This document shows positions 51,781 through 64,000 of a stretch of 64,000 bases of DNA, piece by piece. This DNA is from Lama glama (taxonomy: Eukaryota): the NCBI GenBank assembly GCA_028534125.1, contig CM052817.1, positions 39,868,001 to 39,932,000 on the forward strand. The letters are read 5' to 3'. Within the stretch, counting starts at the first letter, position 1. Every line of letters starts with the position of its first letter. The position numbers and the translations under genes were made by a program. Below the pieces are notes generated by a model that did not search any database, was not told the origin of the DNA, and saw nothing but the letters and a program-made list of their open reading frames with translations.

Positions 51781-52909
51781 TAGGGAGCTACAAGGATTTG
51801 CCTGGTGTCTTTCATAAGTGATAGACAGACATCAAATAGAAGTTAAATCATTATCTAAACAATTATTAAAAATACCGTGTACATCACTGAATTATAATAA
51901 TGTATACATGATGTATACACTAATGAACAGTATTTCATTATTTTATATACTATGTATTTTCCTTCTGTTTATTTTCTGCAGTTAGGAAGTACTTAGAACA
52001 GTTAGTAAGTGGGCCAAAGTTGATAGAATAGTAATTAGAAAAAAATGAAACAAAGCAGAAAGGTCTTCTTGGAAGAATTTGTTGGGTTATGTTTAGACCT
52101 AGCCCTTTCTCATCAGTCATATGCGTTCAAAAGGTTCATAAGTTTTGAGAGGAAACTGTCCTTGTGCATCAATTTTCTTCATCCTAGGGGCAGGCGGAGG
52201 GTCACTGGGATTATCCAAGTGCTTCCGAAACATCCTTTGTGAGCACAGGGATGGATGAGGCCCCGGCTGCCAGAAAGCCAGAATGTGCAGCTTCCCAGAA
52301 AGGAAGTCACTGGGTCAGCCTGTCCTGGCAGTGGGTGCCTGCAGCCCTGCTGCCTTGTGATAAAGAGCATGGTCTGCCTGACCAGGCAGTGTGGGTTTGT
52401 CCAGGCACACATGCTGTGGTCTTAGGAGCTTTGATGATACCAAATTTGAAGGAATAAATGTCAACATTCCTTGTCCTACCATTTTGGCAAGAGGAAATCA
52501 CCACAAAGCAGATACAGTCCATGTAAAACAAATGTCTGCATATTTTCAAAGTGAACCTTTAAAAGAACTGAACTATCTTTTCTTTTTTCCCTCAGTGGTG
52601 TTCCCTAGTAATTTCAAGTTTCTGAGGAGCCTTCTGAGTTGTGAAATAGCTTAAAGTTATGTCCAGTATATGCCCAGTGTTTCTTAAGAAACCTGCCCTT
52701 TGGATGGTTTTTGTGTGTGTGTGTGGTGATTGGTTAGCCAGCACATCTGACATGGTGTAACAGAACATATCTTTCTCTGATCTCACGCCTAATAACCAGA
52801 AATTCAAATATGCTGTTTTAGTTACATAACTAACTAAATAAATAAATGTATGGGATTTCAACCTTATCACTGTGAAACAGAGTCCTTAAATTATTTACTC
52901 CATTTGCAG

Positions 52910-53035
52910 ATATTTGCAAATCTGGATCCATCCCTTCTGATGTGGAGAAGAGACTACAGCTAGAATGGCCCTTCCAGGAGCAACTGCTATTCAGAGAACA
53001 GTATCAGAAGAAGTTCAAGAACAGTACCTATTCAA
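52910..53035 (+). CDS. HPSE: HPSE coding exon 3 (linker and 50-kDa subunit start): DICKSGSIPSDVEKRLQLEWPFQEQLLFREQYQ|KKFKNSTYS
   Basis: ttgcag acceptor, A|gtaag donor, 126 nt; YQ|KKFKN processing and heparin-binding motif retained. Confidence 0.96.
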
Positions 53036-55188
53036 GTAAGAAATGAAAGGCACCCTGCAGGTGTCCTAGCCCCCAGAGTATTTGGATGGCTCGACCTTGG
53101 GCTTAAATCCAACCAGTGCTGTAGCAGTTGTGTAAAGCTGCATAATCCTCAAATGTTAACAAGAGTTAATGGGCATTCTTGAATCCCAAACTTCTGTTGT
53201 TTTTTTTTTTCTTCAACCTGACTTTGCCTGCTAGCCACGGAGTAAAATATAGAATCATTCATTCACAAGCTAATATTCACCCTTACTGCTCTACAGAGCT
53301 AAGGAATGAAGAAATGGATACATTCCTTGTGTGACAGTAGAATACAAAAGTGTGAAGAGTGAAATGTGAAAACCATTCACATCTCATGTGCATTCTGTCT
53401 CCACTCCCCTATGAAGCAGCCCCTATGATGTGTTGTGTAGCATCAGGGCAGGGCAGTGTGGGCCATACTAGGCAGTCCTGGCCATCAAGCAGCATTCTCA
53501 TTTCCTTTCCCTTGTGGCTGTGCAAACATAGGACTAGCTCAACCAATCAGGAATTTATTTCCATTCACAGAAGCAGTTTTCCAGTGTTTAAAATGGGATC
53601 ACAGTGTCATGCAGGGCTTTAAAACAACTGGAACAATTGTTATCTAACTATAAAATAGATTTTTATCTGAAAGTTGGTGTTTTACATCCAACTAAGGAAC
53701 GATGTTGCCCCAGATCTCAGTTAAGGGACTCTACAACTGTCTTCTTTTGACTTTTGAAAAGTAAGTGATCTTGAAGTTAAATTGGGTTAGTCAACATTTC
53801 TAAGAGTACATTATTTGACAGTAAATTACTTATCTTTGTAAGATTTTACTATACACTATATTTACTATACAATAGATTTTTATTTGTATATAGGGGGGGA
53901 AAATGACACATAAGAAATCAGAAAATACGTTATACGCTAATAAAAAATGTAGTCCTCTAAATTACTTTTTGCATTTTAAAACAGGAGGCAGCGGGGAACT
54001 ACTCTGATCTTAATAATATGATCTATGGTGAAATTTGGCACGACAGGGCCTTCTCAGATCCCACTAAAGGAATGACAGAAGTCCAAGAGACCTACAGCAG
54101 TAAGGTCTCATTTGTAATAAATCGTTATGATATAGTCCTGTTAGAAGAAGACCCCATGGTCTTTGGTAATTTATAGATTTCCACTTTTTTGGAAGGGGGG
54201 TCATCTTAAATATATACCAATTTACCTTAAATTTTTCTTTAAAAATGTTTGTTACCTCACATGATCTTTCTGGAACCAAGATGGTAGGTTTTCAACATCT
54301 CTTTCCAGCCTCTAGGACTCGGGCCTTCGTAGTTTCTACACCAGGGAAAAGCCCTTGTTTTACTAACTCTGTTGCTGGGTCACTATAATTCCAGCCACCC
54401 TGCTGGCAATGCTAAAATGTATGACAAGTACAGATTGTTCATTTGCATTTGGAAACATTTGACTTCTGCTTTGAAATTTTCTATTTTAATCTGCATGGTT
54501 TAGCAACATATAGATAGAAATCTACTGCACTTAGTCTGGGCACCAACTCATGATAGGGGTACACATCTAAGATGCCAACACATGTCTCCACGCGTGGTTC
54601 TGTGTCTGTGGCCGTGGTTGGTAATGCCTGAGTAACCTGCAGTGGCATCGCACAATAGATGACATAGCGTCTACTGTGTTCATTGCTTAGTTGATGACCT
54701 GCATCTTTAAAACAGGTATCCTAGAAGATATAGGTAAGTTTCCTAACTACAGGACCCACTGGATGGTGTGCTTCACTTAAGTAGATGACAAAAACATTCG
54801 TCATGAGGATATGAATTCACACCGTAAACGTGTTCAGGCAGGGAAAGGAAGCAATGTTACAGATGTAATTCTGGGTGTGACTGCAGAAAGGAGGCCTCTC
54901 TATTAAAACAATCCTATTTCATAAACTGATTCTTTGCTCTCCTTCTTCTCCACCTTCTTCCTCATCATCCCACTCCCACACTGGATGCTGAACACACTTA
55001 TGTAAACGAAAATGGTGTTAACAGTCAGTGCCAGTGTTTAATGTGCCATTTAGATTTTCTTTGTCCTAGGGATCTTTCACCTTCTCATATAGTAAGAAAG
55101 ATGAGATTGGATAATGATTGGAAATTGGATAATTAATTAGCTGTGAGTCTTCTTATTCTTATTTTGAGGAGGGAGTAGGCTGGCTGGG

Positions 55189-56547
55189 TTTTTTTTTTTA
55201 ATTGAGTTATAGTCAGTTTGCAGTGTTGTATCAATTTTTGGCATACAGCATAGTTTTTCTGTCATACATGAATATACATATATTCGTTTTCATATTCTTT
55301 TTCACCATGAGCTACTACTACAAGATCTTGGCTGTATTTCCCTGTGCTATACAGTATAAACTTGTTTATCTATTCTATATATACCTGTCAGTATCTATAA
55401 ATCCCAAACTCCCAGTCTGTCCCTACCCACCCCCCTTTCCCCTGGCAACCACAAGTTTGTATTCTAAGTCTATGAGTCTGTTTCTGTTTTGTATTTATGT
55501 TTTTTTTTTTTTAGATTCCACATATGAGCAATCTTACATGGTATTTTTCTTTCTCTTTCTGGCTTACTCCACTTAGAATGACATTCTCCAGGAACATCCA
55601 TGTTGCTGCAAATGGCATTATGTTGTCAGTTTTTATGGTTGAATAGCATTCCATTGTATAGATATACCATCTCTTCTTTATCCAATCATCTGTCAATGGA
55701 CATTTAGGCTGTTTCCATGTCTTGGCTACTGTAAATAGTGCTGCTGCGAACAGTGGGGTGCAGGTGTCTTTCTGAAGTAGGGTTCCTTCTGGATATATGC
55801 CTAGGAGTGGGATTAGTGGGTCATATGGTAAGTATATTCATTTTTTGAGGAATCTCCATACTGTTTTCCACAGTGGCTGCACCAAACTGTACTCCCACCA
55901 GCAGTGTAGGAGGGTCCCCTTTTCTCCACAGCCTCTCCAGCATTTGTCATTTGTGGACTTTTAAATGATGGCCATTCTGACTGGTGTGAGGTGATACCTC
56001 GATACCTCATTGTAGTTTTGATTTGCATTTCTCTGATAACTAGTGATATTGAGCATTTTTTCATGTGCCTATTGATCATATGTCTTCCTTGGAGAATTGC
56101 TTGTTTAGGTCTTCTGCCCATTTTTGGATTGGGTTGTTTGTTTTTTTCCTATTAAATCGTATGAGCTGTTTATATATTCTGGAGATCAAGCCTTTGTCAG
56201 TTTCATCTTTTGCAAAAATTTTCTCCCATTCCGTAGGTTGTCATTTTGTTTTGCTTATGGTTTCCTTTGATGTGAAAAAGCTTGTAAGTTTAATTAGGTT
56301 CCATTTGTTTATTTTTGCTTTTATTTCTATTTCTTAGGTAGACTGTCCTAGGAGAACACTGCTGATATGTATGTGAGATAATGTTTTGCCCGTATTTTCT
56401 TCTAGGAGGTTTATTGTACCTTGTCTTACGTTTAAGTCTTTGATCCATTTTGAGTTTATTTTTGTGTATGGTGTGAGGGAGTGTTCTAGCTTCATTGATT
56501 TACATGCTGCTGTCCAGTTTTCCCAACACCATTTGCCTGAGAGACTG
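55189..56547 (-). mobile_element. Relatively young 5'-truncated L1 (about 1.35 kb) in HPSE intron 3
   Basis: Poly-T end; minus ORFs 55511-55696 and 55813-56121 are L1 ORF2 C-terminal peptides with frameshifts. Confidence 0.93.
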
Positions 56548-57704
56548 GCGTTTTATTTTTAAGAGTGGACTCACGGTCAGTATTGTACAGCCCTTATTCT
56601 AGGAGATGTTACTCTTATGTTATAGAGGGCATATGATAGCATTTAAAGCTACATAAATCCCGAGTGTAATAGGAAAAAGTTAGGAAATAGAGGAAGAATA
56701 AAGTATGAACTGAATAAACACTCTCAAATGCAAACATTCTAGTTTTTGAGAATGCCGTAATCTTTGTAGAGGGTCTAGGCAACAACAGTGCTTTATATCT
56801 GTAAGAGTTTTTTACGGTTTGCAAAGGGTTTTCACATGTGCTGTTTCAAGTTGGTTTTGTGAGGTAGACGGATGATGGTACTAGTTCCAGGAGTGTAGAT
56901 GCACAGCTGAGGCTCATGCAGGTGGAGGGGTCACCCCTGATCATTCAGTCTATAAGTGGGAGAGTGGGGCCTGGAGCTCAGGTCTATGATTACTGATTTA
57001 GGACCCTTTCTACATCAGGATTTGCAATATATGTCTAAAATATAGCTGTGACTAAGGCAGTCACAGGGCCTTTATAACAGGCCCTAATAGCTATGTGATA
57101 TTGGGCAAAATGCTTTATTTCTTTGGGTGTCAGTTTCCTCATAGAAAAATGAGGGTGGGGTTTTGGGGAGGCCTCCATGATCCCACAGGCCCTCCCTCTT
57201 CTCCACTGTGGCTCTAAGATCCCATGGAACGCTGGCCTGCAAGACCCAGAGAGCTTTTCAGACCTTGATGTCTGTAGCTCAGTGATGACAGGCAACAGTT
57301 TTGTGGAAGTAGGTGACAGCAAATATCAAAACACCTAAAATAGCTTGCTAGTGTCATTACTGCCCCTCAGCCTGGTGGCAGTATTAAGTCTAGGGTCTCA
57401 CTGCTGTAGTAATCCAAGTTAATTCAGGCTGAAGACAGAAATAAAACAGAAACAAAGCCACTTTGTAGGAGAAAGGGTGTAAGTTTGCCAGATAGAGTTT
57501 TTGGGTGTTTTTTTCTTAAACTAGGAGAATTAAGAGTGAATTTCTGTTTAACAGATAACTCTAAACATACATTAAAATCACGAGGACCTATTCAATAATA
57601 AGTGATTTAAAAATGACATTCAAAAATACATTGTTGCCACTCTCAAAAAGTGATCATAGGCTAGTTAAGGGTTAAAAAACTGAGTTCAAAAATTCCAAAG
57701 ATTT

Positions 57705-57810
57705 GTGCTTGCTTCGGCAGCACGTACACTAAAATTGGAACAATACAGAGAAGATCAGCATGGGGTCTGCGCTAGGATGACTCACAAATTTGTGCAGTGT
57801 TCCATATTTT
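57705..57810 (+). pseudogene. Full-length U6 snRNA retropseudogene (5' part of a U6/L1 chimera)
   Basis: GTGCTTGCTTCGGCAGCAC...ACAGAGAAG...GTTCCATATTTT; 14 substitutions over 106 nt against recalled U6; followed by an L1 tail and flanked by TSDs. Confidence 0.93.
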
Positions 57811-57888
57811 TATGTCTGAATCACTATGTTGTGCACCAGAAACCAACACAACATTGTAAATCAATTATCCTTCGATTAAAAAAAAAAA
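57811..57888 (+). mobile_element. L1 3' terminal fragment with poly(A), fused to U6
   Basis: tctgaatcactatgttgtgcaccagaaaccaacacaacattgtaaatcaa closely matches the in-window L1 end at 28281-28340. Confidence 0.85.
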
Positions 57889-58104
57889 GAATAAAGCAAT
57901 AAATGGTGTAAAAAACTCCAAAGCTTTAATGGTCCCTTAGTGACTCAGTAATTTTTTTCACAGCACATCTAGCCCAAAAGAAATGCCAAAGAGTTACATT
58001 TAAGCTGTTAGATCCAAACAACCTAATATTAATAGTTCTTATCATGCCCAATAGATGTTAGTGTTCCCTTGCAAATTTGAAAGATCCTGCAGTGCCCCTC
58101 TGAG

Positions 58105-58265
58105 TAGGGTTTCCTGGTTTAAATTTTAATTTCAAATAAACCATCATTTCTTTAGTGTAAGTATTTTGCAAATATTACACGACATACACTAAAAAATTAT
58201 TATTTATTTGCAGCTCAAATTTAACTAGGTGCCCTGTGTTTTTATTTGCCAAGTCTGATGACCAG
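58105..58265. mobile_element. MER53-like palindromic hAT MITE
   Basis: ttaaattttaatttcaaataaa...tttagtgtaagtat / catacactaaaaaattatt...tcaaatttaact imperfect palindrome. Confidence 0.65.
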
Positions 58266-58836
58266 CCACGCCAGTGAATTCACTCCCCAGGGCACCTCAG
58301 CACAGTGTTTGGAAACCACAGCCCTAGAGCCCTAGGTCACTTTTTAAATGTAAAATTCCATTCATTTTGAATTAATATATTACATACTTGAATTTTTTTA
58401 AGTTTCAAATGTAAAGAAATTTACCAAGCTATTTTTATGTTTGAGTTTGTGAGCAGAGATTTTTAGATTATGAAGAGCAGGGTTTGTGTTGACTAATGAA
58501 AGTCTGGCCTGTGTGTGTTGAGCACTGAGTCACACACTGCAGTTTCCTGAGTTCACCTGAGGTCACGTGAACAAAACCCAAGTGCCAGACCAAAGCCTCT
58601 TGTACCTTCTATGGGACTTGATTCAACAGCTGAAGCAAATAAAGTCACATTGTTGTGCTTTTTTTTTAATTTGCCAATCCAATTTTGTTGACTCATTCAT
58701 AATCATAGGTCCCCAAAAGGACTGGAATTCCTTCCATTTAACAACAGAAATAGTAATTCATTACAAAGAGCAAATCTGGAGATCTTTATCACTGTGGTAT
58801 CGACCTAATCATGAAATGGCAACATTTTTCCTTTAG

Positions 58837-59010
58837 GAAGCTCAGTGGATATGCTGTATAGTTTTGCCAATTGCTCAGGCCTGGACTTGATCTTTGGTCT
58901 AAATGCATTACTGCGAACTGCAGATTTGCACTGGAACAGTTCCAATGCTCAGGTGCTCCTGGACTACTGCTCTTCCAAGGGTTATAACATTTCTTGGGAA
59001 CTAGGCAATG
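58837..59010 (+). CDS. HPSE: HPSE coding exon 4: [27 protein letters not shown]...NISWELGN
   Basis: ctttag acceptor, G|gtaagt donor, 174 nt. Confidence 0.97.
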
Positions 59011-59599
59011 GTAAGTGTCCCCCACCCCCACCCCCATTTCATTTATAAGGAGATTCCCCTTTGGTATTATTTGTTCCTATTTATGACTTTCTTTTTAATA
59101 TTAGCAAATATATCATTTGCCTTGGAATATTTGTGCTCAACAGTGTGAGTCTGGAATGACTTGTGGCAGAAAACTCCTTTCTGTATCCTGATTCCTATCA
59201 CTTAGCCCAGCTTCCATCACATTTGAGCACTTCCACAGCTCGCAGGTTCCCTTGAGATCTTCAGGGTCACTTAGACCTCTTACGCTTGACAGATTAGACT
59301 TCAGCAGTTTGCTTTTACCCTTCCCCTCCTTCCTCTGTTCTCAGCTTGTCTTAGTCTTAACAACCCCATCCCAACACTCATGATAGGTTCAAGCTGGAAG
59401 TTCCAGTATAGAATCCTACCTGGGTCGAGCTCTTGACTGTCTCCTTCTTCACTCTTTTTCACAAGAAATTTATTTATAAACTCTAACTAAAGTGTTAATG
59501 ACTAGCCACATTCATTCAAACATATTTACCGTGCTTTGTTCACACATCAGCCAATGGGAATGACGATAAAGTGGGAAGTGAGAGGGAGTAGTGTCATGT

Positions 59600-59820
59600 G
59601 CACATACTATATTCCAAGCACTGTTTTGAGCATTCAATAAGCATTAGCTTATTTTTTCTTTACAATCACTCTGAGGTGAACACAATTATGACCTTCATTT
59701 CATAGATGACAAAAGAGGCACAAAAAGGTTAGCTAACTAGCTGTGTGATGCTGGGCAATTATTAGTTACAGGAATCTTAAGAGAAGTTAGGATTTGAACC
59801 CAGGCAGTCTGGCTGTAGAA
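59600..59820 (-). mobile_element. MIR SINE (other MIR fragments at about 13200-13460, 26715-27090, 41130-41300, 44900-45090, 46600-46780, 56820-57010)
   Basis: aagcactgttttgagca...cattttcatagatga...gaggcaca...ggatttgaacccaggcagtctggct. Confidence 0.7.
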
Positions 59821-60364
59821 CGAGGTCCCTGCTCTCTTGAGACTTCTGTTCCGGAGGTAGGAGCCAGACGGACGGGAAAACAAGCAAAGAAGTGATACAT
59901 GTCCATAGTGGTATGTGAATGATAAAGTCCAGCAGCAGATTTGGGGATCAGGATGCTGAGGATAACTGGCAAGCTGAAGCCCTGAAAACAAAATAGAAGG
60001 AAGGGCAGAGGCAACCATATCTTAGAGCCGAACAACTTCACAGCAGCAACTACATGAATAATAGGTTGTCTGAACCCATCCTTACCCATCCCTGTGCATC
60101 CCTCCCTCCCTACTTTTCTACCCTACTCATCCCCAGCTCCTTCTGCTCTTCAGAGTAAAAGAGTCATGTCATCATGTGGGCCCCATTTTACAAAGAGAAG
60201 GTCTGATTTCAGGGTGAAGGAGAAGGGTAAGGTAATGTGGGGAAGTAGACTGGACACTTTCCATGCTTCCCTCCCGTCTCTTCAGCTTTGCTGCTTCCAG
60301 ACTCACTTGCACATATCTGTGAATAAACATTCTCAGTAAGACTTAATTACATTGTAGTAATCGT

Positions 60365-60590
60365 TTTTTCTTGGGGGGGGGGTGTTGGTTTGGGGTTTTT
60401 TTGTTTTGTTTTGTTTTGGGGTTTTTCGGGGGGGAGTGTGGTAGTTAGGTTTTTATTTATTTTTTGATGGAGGTAGTGGGGATTGAACCCAGGACCTCAC
60501 GCATGCTAAGCATGCACTCCACCACCAAGCTATGCCCCCCCTCTTTTTTGGGAGGGTGGTTGGTAATTAGGGGTTTTTTTACTTATTTTT
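60365..60590 (-). mobile_element. tRNA-derived SINE plus an adjacent partial second tail
   Basis: ggaggtagtggggattgaacccaggacctcacgcatgctaagc; second ggtaattagg tail motif at about 60563. Confidence 0.82.
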
Positions 60591-60927
60591 TGGTATTTGG
60601 TTTTTAAATGACTTCTCCCTACATAATCTTTTAACTAAATTAACTAAATACTGGATACAGACTAGTCCCAGAATATCCATTGGTTTAATATTCCCATTAT
60701 TAATTCCAAACTGTTTTATTACCTCCTCATACTTCAGTTATATAACTTAAATTTTTGTTTTCCTAGAATATTTTCTTTATAACTAGACGTTTTACTTTCC
60801 TTGCCTTTAAATTCTAAGCTTTTGTAATATGAAAAATTCTCTTTTTCTCTTAGATACTGTTTTTATGTTTGCTTCTAAATAAAAAAAGTCTAGGTAAGCA
60901 ATTATTTTGAGAATTGCTATCTTTCAG

Positions 60928-61096
60928 AACCTAACAGTTTCCGGAAGAAGGCTGGTATTTTCATCGATGGATTGCAATTAGGAGAAGATTTTATTGAGTT
61001 GCATAAACTTCTAGGAAAATCTGCTTTCAAAAATGCAAAACTCTATGGTCCTGATGTTGGCCAGCCTCGAGGAAAGACTGTGAAGATGCTGAAGAG
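60928..61096 (+). CDS. HPSE: HPSE coding exon 5: (E)[21 protein letters not shown]...[17 protein letters not shown]; the split codon gives the acid/base Glu (codon 227 here, human E225)
   Basis: ctttcag acceptor, AG|gtaag donor, 169 nt; WELGNEP motif spans the junction. Confidence 0.97.
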
Positions 61097-61433
61097 GTAA
61101 GAACTAGAGGAAACAGAACCACTTCTCTTAAAAATAGTGTTTTTTGTCGGTGGAGAATCCTCAATAAGCCACCTATTATTAAACAGTTTGTTGCCTGATT
61201 AGAAGGGTTATCAAAAGAGGGAACACTGACAAGCTCAGAATACCAAAGATTTGGGGGCATATGGCACCTGTGATAAAATCTGTCTCAGAATTAGGAAGTT
61301 TGTGTTGTTGCCTTATCCTAAAGTAGTAACTGGCCAATTTCTAGGGAAAAAAAAAACTCTTGTGTATATATTGCGTGTATATGTTGTTCATATAAGGTTT
61401 AAGTGACAACATAATAGATTATTTTTTTCCTAG

Positions 61434-61481
61434 TTTTCTGAAGGCTGGGGGAGAAGTGATTGATTCAGTTACATGGCATCA
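61434..61481 (+). CDS. HPSE: HPSE coding exon 6: SFLKAGGEVIDSVTWH(H)
   Basis: ttcctag acceptor, CA|gtaagt donor, 48 nt. Confidence 0.95.
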
Positions 61482-61978
61482 GTAAGTATGTCTCCTACTC
61501 TTAATACTAAGAAAGTAAACTTAGTTTTACTTATTACCTAGTTTTTTAAAAAGTGGTTTTATTTAACTGCTAGCTGACTTTATAGTTCAGATAAGAAACA
61601 CATAGTGTTTCAAGCAGCATCGTACTAGGATTTTAATATTAACAAAACAAAATTTAAACTTATTTTAAGTAATGGGGTGGTTTCTACAAGATCAAGGCAA
61701 ACCATCATTTAGGTCATGGAACAAATAAGTAGCTAAAACCAATGTATTTGCCAAAGGATGGATAACCCACTAGTACCTGCACTTACGACTATGTCTTCTC
61801 AAGACAGAGTAACTGGTGCCTTTCATCTTATTCTCTCCTTAGTAGAACTTCCTCCTTTTTTTTTTTTTTAATAGCAGGAGCGTGAGAAGAGGTAGAAAGG
61901 TGGCAAGGGCAGCCAATTAACTTAAAAGCAGGAAATAAAGTTTGTTATTTTTTTCTGAATATTTTCTGAATAATTTAG

Positions 61979-62072
61979 CTACTACTTGAATGGGAGGATG
62001 GCTACCAAAGAAGATTTTCTAAACCCTGATGTATTGGACACTTTTATTTTATCCGTGCAAAAAATTTTCCAG
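61979..62072 (+). CDS. HPSE: HPSE coding exon 7: [31 protein letters not shown]
   Basis: atttag acceptor, CAG|gtaac donor, 94 nt. Confidence 0.96.
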
Positions 62073-62504
62073 GTAACAGTCTTTTTTTTTCTTTTTAATG
62101 TAAGAGCAGAGTCCTTACTTTGTGGACCAGCTAGTCCTAAATTTTATAGGTGTGTAAATTTACCCGTTTTCCCAATTTTAAACAACAGGCACTAGGTCTT
62201 ATTCACCTTTGGTTCCCCTTAGCGTCTGGTCTTCCCCACGTATGCTGATTAGAAACGACAAATGCTTCCAGTGGCCTTTCGGTAGCATCATCTCTCACAG
62301 GTCATTGGAATGGGGTGGTTTACATTCCTTCCACACCTAGTATTCTAACAAAAGCTAATTGCCCAAGATGTAAATGACTGTGAACATATTTTGTAACTGT
62401 GTTGGATGGGTAGGTCTGGGAATACAAGGTTTTGAATGTTGTTAATCTTCAACACCATACTTGATCAGCTTGTTTGCAGTTACCATGGACTTTCCATTTT
62501 CTAG

Positions 62505-62611
62505 GTCGTTGAGGAGACCAGACCCCACAAGAAGGTCTGGTTAGGAGAGACCAGCTCCGCGTACGGGGGTGGAGCGCCCTTGCTGTCTAACACCTTCGCG
62601 GCTGGTTTCAT
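62505..62611 (+). CDS. HPSE: HPSE coding exon 8: [35 protein letters not shown](M); nucleophile Glu (codon 345 here, human E343)
   Basis: ttttctag acceptor, AT|gtgagt donor, 107 nt, WLGETSS motif. Confidence 0.97.
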
Positions 62612-63676
62612 GTGAGTGAAGCTGCGCTTGGCTCAGAGGTCCGGCTGCAGCAGTCTCCTGGTCTTCCATTCAGCTGAAATAGCTCGTCAGCCAAAAATCT
62701 GGTCAAAGACAGTTTCTGTGGCTGAGCCCCAAGATTCGTGCGAGATTTCACAAGAAAATGATTTACTAAAGCTGGCTGGACATTTTAACATATGCCCGAA
62801 TTAATCACTGCGTGAATGAACTGCTTTAGAAGTTTTGTTCCTCAATCATGGCCCGTAGATACGTCAAGGATTCCTTTCTCTAAAGCTGTTGTAAAAGAGT
62901 GCTTCTTGACTCCGAGAAGGATACTTAGCACTTGTAGCTCTGTTCATAGATTCCCAAGAAGTTTGGGGCCTCGCGGTATGTGGTCACACCAGAGGGGCTA
63001 CTGATGACTTTCGAGATCTGCTAAATCATCCCATTATCTAACTACCACAAACTTGATTGCTTTAAAACCAACTGGTTTATTTACATTCCACGACTCTATT
63101 AACACCTTTACTCTATAGTTCTATATCTTCACATTGAGTTTTATTCTCTTTCCTCTCCTACTCTCATCCTTATAAGGCCCGAATAAAGCACACATCCTTT
63201 ATGCTTGTGGGGGCACGAGGAGTAGAGAAAAGAATGGAGACGTTTGTTTTGCCATTAACTAAAGTTGATGGGGGAGGAGGTATCCATAAAGGTTTGGGCA
63301 TGATTCTACTTATTTCACATTTTACTACTCTGGCCACAAGCAGCCTTTTCTTCAGACCGCACATGGGGACAGGGGTGCGGAGACTGGAGGTGGGGGGCGG
63401 ATCCCATAGGATGCAGAATAGTTGTCTCCAACTATGCTACTCCAATGGGTGGCATTTATCTACTCCACCATATAGAAGTTGTCCTACCCTGATAGGGGCT
63501 CCTGTGGCATATTAGTAATCTTCTGAGATCTGTTATCATGAGGATGTGTGGGAACATGTAAAGGGTAGGACAGTGCCTGTTTCATCTGAATGACTTATTT
63601 GTAATTAATAGCACTTTTCTGGTTTCCTGTCAATTCTTCCCACATGGAGGAATAAACCAGAAAAGTGTATAATTAA

Positions 63677-63967
<291 letters not shown>

Positions 63968-64000
63968 TGACTTGGAAGAAAACTTAGAGATCACCCATGC

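Noticed and set aside
55202..56337. ORFs of 60-124 aa as host genes (also 1265-1555 and 35456-36040)
   Set aside because: Fragments or antisense frames of L1 ORF2 and 3' UTR
57705..57810. Functional U6 snRNA gene
   Set aside because: 14 substitutions, no evident upstream PSE/TATA, fused to an L1 tail and flanked by TSDs
60960..60980. Absent N-glycosylation sequon (IDGL versus recalled human INGS) in HPSE
   Set aside because: As I recall, rodents also have DGL here, so it is not novel

Overview
Mammalian genomic DNA, most likely a camelid (inferred from the tRNA-derived SINE family and young L1 3' ends; not database-checked). The + strand carries the last seven coding exons of the DNA-repair helicase HELQ (3486-15520; 1044 nt spliced, in frame to TGA). 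About 26.7 kb of repeat-rich intergenic DNA follows, then the CpG-island promoter and first nine coding exons of heparanase HPSE (42213-63847; 404 codons, both catalytic glutamates intact). The rest is L1, L2, MIR, SINE, MaLR/ERV1 LTR and hAT/Tigger debris. I found no convincing new multi-gene system. The most notable details are a 36-bp in-frame tandem duplication in a HELQ exon, an out-of-frame upstream ATG overlapping the HPSE start, a U6/L1 chimeric retrocopy with target-site duplications (TSDs), several unusual retrotransposition products, and a 44-bp-arm palindrome in a HELQ intron. All comparisons with human sequences and repeat consensuses are from memory and need alignment to confirm.
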